Assembly: GCA_000934665.2 (NCBI GenBank)
Contig: KZ538846.1
Coordinates: forward strand, 1-44,707
From: Catajapyx aquilonaris
Taxonomy: Eukaryota
Direction: 5' to 3'
DNA: 44,707 nt
Below the pieces are notes generated by a model, which was given only the letters and a program-made list of their open reading frames with translations, made no database searches and had not been told where the DNA came from. Of this stretch, positions 35,244-44,707 are shown in pieces (position 1 is the first letter of the stretch; the number at the start of each line of letters is the position of its first letter). The translations under genes and the position numbers were made by a program.

Positions 35244-38237
35244 CCCTCCCATGCCTCCCACCACCCACCATCCCCCTCCATACAGAGTTGGGGGGGAAAG
35301 AGAGGGGGGGTCGCTCGATGCAGTGGCGCCAGCGGGGGGAAGAGTTAGAGGAGAGGGGGGAACGGGGATGGAAATGGGCTGCTGCTGCAACCAATCCCAA
35401 TCTTCCACACAGAGTAATTAATTAACTCTCATTCACTGGTCAACATGGGCTTAAGCGTCCCCCCTCTCTCTCTTTTTTTTATTTAAATGAAAATGATTCT
35501 AAGTTCAATAATAAGGTACGGCATTCGGTGAAACTGCTTGTATTGTTGTAAATGTGTCATATAGTCGTGTGATCGACATTACTTAAACATGGGTGTCGCG
35601 CCAGGTTAATTATCGAGAGAGTCGCTCGACTGTGCAACCAGACCCAAGTTGCTGACGTGACGTAACTGTTGTTAACATATCACCAGACTATAGCAAGAGT
35701 CCCCGCCAGAATTGGCCAATTATTCCTGCCATAACCATTGTTGGTGGCACGCAACCCGGGAGCTCGTAAACTGCGAGCGTTGCACAGGTGAAAGCCAAGT
35801 CATATACTCGGTGTACCGACGTGTACACTGTCGCTTCCCCCCCACCCCACCCTCCAGAAAATGCAATAGAAGTTTCTCCACCAGGCAGACACATTCTTGC
35901 TACGCCCCCTTTGAAGAGCACGAGGTAAGCCAAGCGTGGATGAGAAGAGTAAAAGGGGGGAATGGTGGGGGGGTAGGAAAGAGAGGGGGGGTTGAGGAGC
36001 TAAAAGTTAGCGGGAAACGGGAGAGGGGGGGGAGGATGAGATATGGAAGCACCGCCCCTTTTAGCTCCACCTCCCCCNTTCTCTTGCCAAGACCCCCCCC
36101 CCCTTTACTCTTCTACCCCCTCCTCTCCGCTAGCTTGCTTTTCCATCTCCCCCCCCCTCCCCGGCCACCAATATATAGCCCTCTCGCCTTCCCAGTCAAT
36201 AAGCCGCCGACGCTGACGACGCCAGACCGGAGGGGGCTTTATAGAAGAGAGGGGGAAAAAAAACCTCGCTTCCTCCAGCAAGATTTCGCCGAAAAACTTT
36301 CCTACCACCCACACTATATAGCAACGGCATTGTTGGCCTGACGTCACCCCGGTCGCCATCGATGCGAATAACCCGTATCACCTGGGGTATACGGTGAACA
36401 TGTATCCGGAAATACGCCCCAAGTTCTCAGATGGCCGGTCTGGTTAGAAATGATTCCGGCGGGCTGCCTCTTCCTCTTGTTTATTGGAGTGGTGGGTGGA
36501 TAGGAGGGGAATGGAAAATGTGGGGGGGCCAAACCCCCCCTCTTTCGGAACTCCAGTCGTGATGGATGCGTCAAGGGCGGAGCCAAACCGAGGTACGACT
36601 GCGCTTTTCAGGGGGATACCCAAGAGTATATGGTGGGGGGAGAGAGGAAGCTGGGGGGGTTCAAAAGTTTGTCCCTGTCATTGGAAAATCAGTTCTGATT
36701 GGGAATCGCCTCAAGGAAGTTTGGAACTTGCCAAGCCTGGTGGCCTATGCGACAGGATGAGGAAAAAAAAAAAATGTGTTCTCGCGGCATGGAAAAATAA
36801 CTGGCAGCCGTTTTCTGCGCGCTGCTTCCAGTGCTGTGTGTGGTCAAGGGCGGTCCAATTTGCACTGAAGGGTCCTTACATTTTTGCAAAACACGAGCAC
36901 TGGCATTTTCCAAGCTGCGGGATTGCTCCAGCCGAGTCCTGCGGTGACGTCACATGTCGGCCACAACGCAGAATGAAGTCAGCTCAAATTCCGCGAAAAT
37001 TCTGGTGCAATTTTTCCTGCTCTTACATCTCCATGTGGTTTGGCATGACTAGTAGTGCCAACATGTGTAACTTCTGTAACTGTGATGCTTTTACACAAAA
37101 AGTCGCTCTTATTCACCCCCCCAGTACGAGTTGTGCTTGTGGCCAGATGCGACTCTCTCACTCACCCAACTTCATAAAACGTCGGTACCGGCCCCCGTCA
37201 GGATTTGCACACACATCCAAACCGCGAATATTTCCTCCCCCCCTCCCCCCCCCCATCCCCCTCTCCCCCAATCGGCCAGCCAGAGTCAATTGTTCCGCGC
37301 GTTTCAATTCCAACGGGGTGACGCTGTATGCGTGGGGGGAAAAAAATACCACAAAGCGAACATGGTCGGTACAAGAAACTAAGCCGCATTCGAGTTTGGG
37401 GGTGGACGTGTATGTGCAGTTGGGTATGGAGAGAGTGTGTCTATATAGCACACGATGCAGGGTTGGTAGATGGGGAGGGCACAGCAGGCAAGGCCCCTGC
37501 AGCTGGTAACCATGGAAACGGATGGGGCCACACTGGCCACTTTTCCCGCCAGTGGAGCGAATGACGTCGCCGTTAAATAGTCCGTGTGTAAAAAATGGGG
37601 AGGAATATACTGTATGTATGTATGAGAGGGAGAAAAAAAAATGGCAGTCCAGTGGTGGAGGGAGAGGGAATAAAGGTGGCCATGCAAACATCCTCCATGC
37701 CTGCCCGCTTTTTGGAAGTCTCACGTGGAAACTTTCTCACCTGGCCAACCTGCTTCCAGGAAGCGATGATTACCCGCGCAAACCTGTTAGTGTGACGCAC
37801 ACACACGAGGATGAAGGAGATTATGGCCAGGAGGGGATGGAAGGTGGAGAGGGGGGCCGCGCGCTTTTACCTTGAGTTCTCTCTGGTTCGGGCCTGGCAA
37901 ACACAAAACGCACACTTGGGTTTCTCTAGCTATATACGGGGAGGCGGAGGGGGTTTGTACGGAAAATGTTGGAAGCCGGCGCTAAACTTCCGCTCGTAAA
38001 TTATTTTACTGCCACTGCTATTTTCCCCTGGTATCAAACTGCCTGCTGGAGCAGTGCCATCTGCCGGATGATAGCCGCAGATCGATGTTGCCCACCAGTT
38101 TCTCCTTTTCCAATAATTAGGCGCTCAATTGTCCCACGGTGCTGTCTGCCCCATTGTTGCCAAAAAGGGAGCTTGAGTGGGAGAGCGAGAGAGAAGAGAG
38201 AGAGAGAGAGAGAGGGGGGGGGGGGGGGGGGGGAAAG

Positions 38238-38526
38238 NNNNNNNNNNNNNNNNNNNNNNNNNNNNNNNNNNNNNNNNNNNNNNNNNNNNNNNNNNNNNNN
38301 NNNNNNNNNNNNNNNNNNNNNNNNNNNNNNNNNNNNNNNNNNNNNNNNNNNNNNNNNNNNNNNNNNNNNNNNNNNNNNNNNNNNNNNNNNNNNNNNNNNN
38401 NNNNNNNNNNNNNNNNNNNNNNNNNNNNNNNNNNNNNNNNNNNNNNNNNNNNNNNNNNNNNNNNNNNNNNNNNNNNNNNNNNNNNNNNNNNNNNNNNNNN
38501 NNNNNNNNNNNNNNNNNNNNNNNNNN
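38238..38526. other. assembly gap (N run)
   Basis: N run flanked by poly-G on both sides. Confidence 0.99.
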
Positions 38527-41436
38527 GGGGGGGGGGGGGGTCATAATGGTATACGATGCCATTAGAATGTCCCTTTACAGCTGGGATTATAACTGTTGAT
38601 GCCTACATGAAAGGCGCCCTTATACCCCCAAACACTGGAGACGGCTACTCGGAATTAACACACTTTGTAATATTTTAAGAGGTACTTTCATGCATTATTG
38701 ATCTTTCATAAATTGTGTCTAAAATGCCTGAGATGCACACAGCTCTTGCTGACTATACGACAATCTCATGTTAAGTATGCCTTTTGTCGTGCTGCTAATG
38801 TCCACTATACAGCAAAAAGACTGGTATCGGACAGGCGGGACAGCAGAATCGCACACTGGCATTCCCAGACATACCTGTACTGTACAGTATCGCCATTATA
38901 CATGCCTCAGTAACCTTGATTACTCGAGTAGATAAAACCAAACCTACAACCCGTCTAGTATACGTATCTTTTCTCTCTCTGTAAATTACGCATTTTTTCG
39001 ACGTTCCCAGGTATTCCCGTCTCTCACGAAACGGCAGACCTCCCAAGGCCTTCCAAGACCCCCAAGTTGTTCCAGGACCTTCCAGAACCCGTACCTCCGC
39101 CCTGCCTACAGCCTTTTCCACCATTGTTCGCGAGAGGGTGGTGTCCCGCCAAGTTTCCAAGTGGTTGCTTAGTGACACTGCACGTCTCTTTTCTCCCTCG
39201 GCAATGTCAAACCAGTGACGTCACAAGGTACCGTCGCAGAACGTACAATTTTTTGACCCCTCCACAAATTTGGCTAGGTAGTGTCTGAGCATGCAGCAGC
39301 GTCGTGCGCAGCGTCCCAAGCAACAGAACAACTAGCGGCGCTAATCTCCTTCGGCCGGTGGAAATTCCCTTCACGATTCCAATCCGGCCAACTTTTTCCT
39401 CCTCCCTGGGCTTGGCTGGCTGGCTCTCCCCCCCTTGACAGCCAGCCCTGCAGGAGGGAGAGCCGGAGTTCGAAAAAGGGAGAGAGAGGGAGAGAGAGAG
39501 GGCTCCCCTTTTTCCAACCCTCCTATTTTCCCAGCTCTGTTACGACGGCGACGTTACCCCCGCCGATTATTTCGGGCAGGGAACGGAAGTCGGTCGGTGG
39601 GGGCCAGGAATAAGGCAGCCCCCCCCCCCCCCCNCGAAAAACTGCGCAGGTATCAAACCCAGGTTGTGGCAACAGCTGTGTCGTAGCACACAACCCTGAT
39701 GGCGGAGTATTCCCAAGGCAAAAGCGGGCAGGGGTTGGCAGGCTTTGAGAAGGCGGCTGGCTAAGCAACCTCCCTCCCCTCCCTCTTCCCTACTCTCTCT
39801 CCATCCCCCCTTTGGGCCCTTGGGCTGTTGGAAGGGGGTTGGCTTGCTTGCATGGCTGCCTCTCCTATCCAACTCTCCCTGCCTGTGCGAACCAAGGCCG
39901 ACCTGCTGAAAAGAAGGCCCGTGTGCACCACCAAGGTGTACACTTCCAGCTGCCTCTTTTGTTCTGGCGCTCTCCGGCCAGATGACGTCATTCTGCGCAA
40001 CGTTCATAGCATGCAACCCTTTATTATTATTTTTTTTCTACCCAGTTTTTGGCATACGCATGGTTTTTCGAGGGAAAAAAAAGGTCTGCCATACTTGGTT
40101 CTTCTAACTAGAGGGTTGACAGCCAAGTGTACCGCCAGGGTGATGACAACGGGATTCCACAATGGCGCGTCCGGAGCATGCATGCATGTGAGGGGCCAGA
40201 ATGCAATGGTTTGTGCAGCGAAATGCAGTCCTGGCAAGAGCCAGCCCGGAGATAGAGCTGGCTGGGTTTGGCCTCCATCCAACCCCCAGCTCTCTCCCTC
40301 TATATACACATCCTATTCCATCCCGTGCTTCCCTCCCCATGTGCGTCATCAGCCCCTGCAAAGCCAATGACGCTCGGGGAATAGCAGAGGGCAACCATCG
40401 CCCACAGGGCCCTGGGCCTCCCCCCCCCCCCCCCCCCCCCCCCCCCACCCCNGATGGATGGTCCTTTTTGCCCCCTCCTCTATACATGTACTGTGCACAA
40501 CAACAACCCCCACCGCTCTCGCTACCAGCAGCGAGGCCCCCCCTTTTTCCTATACGTCCGTACGGCGCACTGGTCGATACCCAGCTCCGGGTTGTGGCAA
40601 CGTTGCCTGTGACCCCACCTCAGTACGGCGCTACAATGCTAGGGGAACAGGGGAGGGAGAGCTGCCGGCTCATTAGGGTCACGTTTCCAGTGTGACAGTG
40701 CACTTCAGGTATTGTCATACCCGAAACGCTGTTGCCAAGCATGAGTCATGGAAAAGCCTGTCAGTCACATGCACCGGGTGAGACTTGGAGGGAAAAAAAT
40801 AGGGAGCGCCTCCCTCAGGTTCGTAAAAAAATATATATGTATTTTTTTTAAACTGGGGGGAGCCTTTTTGCCGTACTGACCCCATTCGCACGGCCGCCCA
40901 ACAGAAAGAGAAAACCTGCCTGACAGGTGAAATGAGGTTCCCAATCGGCTGGCCCCCAACTCCAAAGCTCTCGCTCAAAAAGAGAGGGGGGGGAAAAATC
41001 CTGGTCAAAAACCGCAATCAGCTGCTCCTCCCGCACAGACAACTACAACTCGGACTTGTGCACGTAACTGACATTTCCCAGTAGGCGTACTCCGTAACCC
41101 AAAAATAGTCATATGTTCAATACGGACATCACGGTGGGAAGACCTCCGCATGAGCAAGGGACGGACCTCGTACTGATACACGTATAATTTCCCTGCACAA
41201 AAAGTTCCTACGCATAATGCATTTTTTTTAAATCAATAGAGTATAATAATTGTATTTTACGAGGTGCAACTTGTTAAAAACTGCAGAGAACAATATTCAC
41301 GAGGGTGTCAATGTTATCACCACTCGCAATTCAATAACCTCACATTTTGTTTGGTACAAACTGGCATTATTCATAAAAGGTACATCAACTGTTAACGGGC
41401 ATATGCAAGGTGCCGGTATTTTTGTTGGATATTGCA

Positions 41437-41465
41437 CATCATCATCATCATCATCATCATCATCA
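41437..41465. repeat. (CAT)9-10 microsatellite
   Basis: direct reading. Confidence 0.9.
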
Positions 41466-44406
41466 ATCACATATGCCTATAGGGAGGTAGTCATAGGATG
41501 GAACGTGTTTCAAACCTACACCTACGTACATGTTGCGTACAAAATACGATTTAGCGCAAATTCAACTTACACACCTACATCCAGAAGACTCTGGAGTCAA
41601 AGATGGTTGAATCCTTGATTTCATGAATGTGTTGCCCTGTCAACTCTTACTCGGTATAAGCAGCCAGTCAGATATGCAAGTGAATATCACCATGCAAACC
41701 ATACTATATGAATTTTCAGTGCATCATGTGGTCAATATACGGCAGGACTCCCGAGTGTTTGAAAAACAATTTATTATGCGGCACCTGGCCAGCTGAAAAT
41801 ACTAGCACTTTGGAAACCACACCTAAAAGTATTATTAAAGCACCTTGGCGCAGCTGGTAATTCTCTCGCCAGGTTACAATGCATTTTGTAATCCCATTAG
41901 CACCCCCGGCAATAACCATCCATCATATTCCTGGCAACGAACCACGGGGGCAAACCTGTCCCAATCATGAACCAGCAGTACGTACCAAAAACCGCGGTAC
42001 GCCTTGACACACAACCCCATGCTTTCCCAAAACAAACATCGCCTGGCAAGCTTTGTGGCCACGTGGTATTCTCCTAACCCCCCTTCCCCGGCAATATCCC
42101 GCCCTTTCCCCCCTATCCACATCACAACCCCCCACCCCACCCCCCAAAAGCTGCATGCCATAACCGTACACACACTCTCGGTACCTAACCGGCTGGTTTA
42201 TACCCCGCCACTATACACGCGCCTAAGTGTGTCATTAATATAAATTAATGCATCAAGACCCCTCGGGCTGTTGTGGAATGTAATTTAGTTTTCCGTGTGT
42301 GTATTTATAATGTGCAAGTCAATTGACGTCGAACGCCGGCCGCACTGCAAGGGGGGCGAGGGGAGAGGAAGGGGGGTGGGGGGTACCGCAATGTCGTTGA
42401 ACCGGGGTCTCCCGTAGTTGCGTGTATGTAGATCCCGCCCACCTGCAGAAAATATTTATAGGTCTTGTCTTATTACTACACCGCCCGTGGCCGTGGGATT
42501 CCTCCGGCTTCTCTCTCGGTGTTGCGGACCCCAGCCATCAAACACACGTGCTATCGATTCTCCAGGTGTACGTGTCGTATTAGTCCCTTACATGACCTCT
42601 CGCCCTCCAGCCGGAGGTCATAGGCTCATGGTGTGATATGCATCGGGTCCTGCATTATTGACCGTTCATGTAAGGTCGTGACACATGTGCAAATAAAAAG
42701 GCCGTTTCCGAGAGCGATGGAGCCGCATACACGCGACGTCTCCAAAAAAAAAAACTGCACATGTCACCTCCTCGACACTAGTTTCTAATTAGAAACCGCG
42801 TCAGTGCAAATAATCTGCATTCTCGTCGTACAAAATCAAAGCTTCGACACACACAAAAAACTTGTAACACTAATGACCCTACTTTTTTCTCCCGCCGTCT
42901 CCCCCCACCCACACCCCCATCAAAAAGTTCATTTACAGGTCCAATGCACAAGTGCCCGTGGCGCTAATAACAGGCTGCCGTTTCCCATGTGCAAGCCCAG
43001 GATATTAGGCTACCCCCCACTCTATACGAAGGTCAAGGTAAGAATCCGCCGACCTGCCTTTCGTGACGGCTCTTATCTGATCGCTTGATGAAGACTAAAC
43101 AGCTTCTTACGGAATCAACCGACAAGTCGGCCCCCCCTACGAAAAAGGACCGACCCCCCAAAAAATACGGATCCAGAACAGCCCCTCGTGAATACCGGTC
43201 AAATGTGGAGTAAACTGTGTTCATTTCCCACAAGTACAGTGGTCTAAAACCCTATTAGGACCATGTCAAAAGATCATAATTGAATTCCTGCAACACGCTA
43301 CACAGGATGGGATGCCGTTCGGAAGGTTGTTAAGCTGTCAAAAGGCGGATCAGAGTCTGCACATCATAATGAAAAGCTGCAGAAACACTTAACAGCCAGT
43401 ATCAAAATAATGCAGCTTGTAAATAATTTCTTTTGCCCACGTGAGATAAACCACATGAAGGAGAATATCAAAATTCCTCGGGTTTATACTAAACATTCCA
43501 GTATGTAATTTAGACGGTATAATTTTTATACTGGACTAGGACGACAGCCAAATCCAATGCGCAGAATGTGTGTTCAGCACGGAATTACTTATCCTAACAA
43601 TAATCAGGACCACCAGTACTACTCTCTCGTTACAAAAGAAGCCTAACTTCCAGGATGTACCTCAGGTGGTCAGTTTTTTGTGAAGGTTCCTCGCTTGGCT
43701 AATTTACAGGGCGTCACACGTAAAGAAAATTTCGATGGTCAAAGTGATCCCGGCACAACACGTCGGCGGTTTAACTCCTCGTAACGTGGCTATGAACATG
43801 ACTATCGACATATCGGCCTTTATCCAATCAATTGTGCGAGGTGGTGGAGTTGAAGGAAGAAGTCAGGGGTTGTGGTAGGCTCCGGATAGAATTTCCAACG
43901 TGCGAGCCTGTCAATATGACACCGCATCTGATTAATACTTTAACGCGCGGATTCAGGTACCGCTCGTCACATTAGCCCACCTTCATTTCTAGTCGCGTGC
44001 ATGTAGCCTTGCAGAAGTCATTCAGCTATTTTGCTATTCACGAGATCGCTTCGGTTAGCTATGAAGCGGACCATCTTCCGGATCATCTATAAAACTAGCC
44101 ATCACAATCATCCAGGTGTTGTGAATTCCTTGTCCACATACATCACGCATGTAGTCACGTGTCTTAGACCACCCACTATGAGAATACTTTTTTTCTTCTT
44201 CAGCCATCTGCCCTGATTCCAACTGCATAAATCAGTACCAAAATATTACCTAGCACCTGCCAAAAATAACAACAACAGGAAAAACGATCATGCGCCCATC
44301 TCTCACTTGAGGTAACGTCACGCCCCATTGTGGACAAGCCCTGCTCACAATACAATCGCCATCTAATGAAGTCAGGATCTTCCATCCCCCCCCCCCCTCC
44401 CCCGGA

Positions 44407-44440
44407 NNNNNNNNNNNNNNNNNNNNNNNNNNNNNNNNNN
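44407..44440. other. assembly gap (N run)
   Basis: N run flanked by poly-C. Confidence 0.99.
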
Positions 44441-44707
44441 CCCCCCCCCCCCTTCACCGGATCAAGTGAACCAATCGCAAGGAATTCCTGGAATGCCTTC
44501 TTGTGACCGGCTCACGTGATCAAAGGGCCGTTCCAGACCCTCAACCGCCAACAATACCCAAGCCTCCCTCCCTTCCAGTTCACGGTTTTGACCTGCAGTG
44601 AACCTCCATCATCATCTTCCAAGGTCCTCCCGAGACACCACGCACCTCCCGAGAGGGAGAGAGAGACCCTCCTCGTCATTTCTTTTTTTTTTTGCACCGG
44701 GATGAGA

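Noticed and set aside
36484..37509. 341-aa ORF on + in the large intron
   Set aside because: TTG start, passes through homopolymer runs, no recognisable domain or transposon motif; treated as chance, though a homology search would settle it
34821..38599. ORFs spanning X runs
   Set aside because: Lengths are inflated by assembly gaps
21896..44707. Search for upstream osa exons, nested genes, tRNA/snoRNA or transposase fragments
   Set aside because: Nothing convincing by eye; short or diverged elements cannot be excluded without tools

Overview
Eukaryotic genomic DNA, most likely from an arthropod. It is dominated by one minus-strand gene: the trithorax-group SWI/SNF (BAF/BAP) subunit osa/ARID1 (BAF250). 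I reconstructed 19 coding exons by hand between 21895 and the stop at 4547. All introns are GT-AG with consistent phases, giving 6396 nt or about 2131 aa: Pro/Gln/Gly-rich regions with two polyQ tracts, the ARID domain split over exons 14260-14448 and 13854-14070, and the C-terminal BAF250_C region. A roughly 2 kb 3'UTR follows. I found no N-terminal exon, so 21896-44707 appears to be one >22.8 kb intron, rich in G/C homopolymers and containing four assembly gaps. Other elements are a 36-bp minisatellite, two copies of one PIF/Harbinger-like MITE family, a smaller MITE-like relic, a fold-back hairpin and microsatellites. I see no prokaryote-type system (no CRISPR array, no operon) and no intact transposase. 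The most interesting signals concern RNA processing of osa: MITE arms bracketing three exons (possible circRNA or skipping), a stop-free 3n intron (exitron candidate), a microexon with a downstream UGCAUG cluster, a likely cassette exon, and a quadruple stop codon. All of these are hypotheses from sequence alone.
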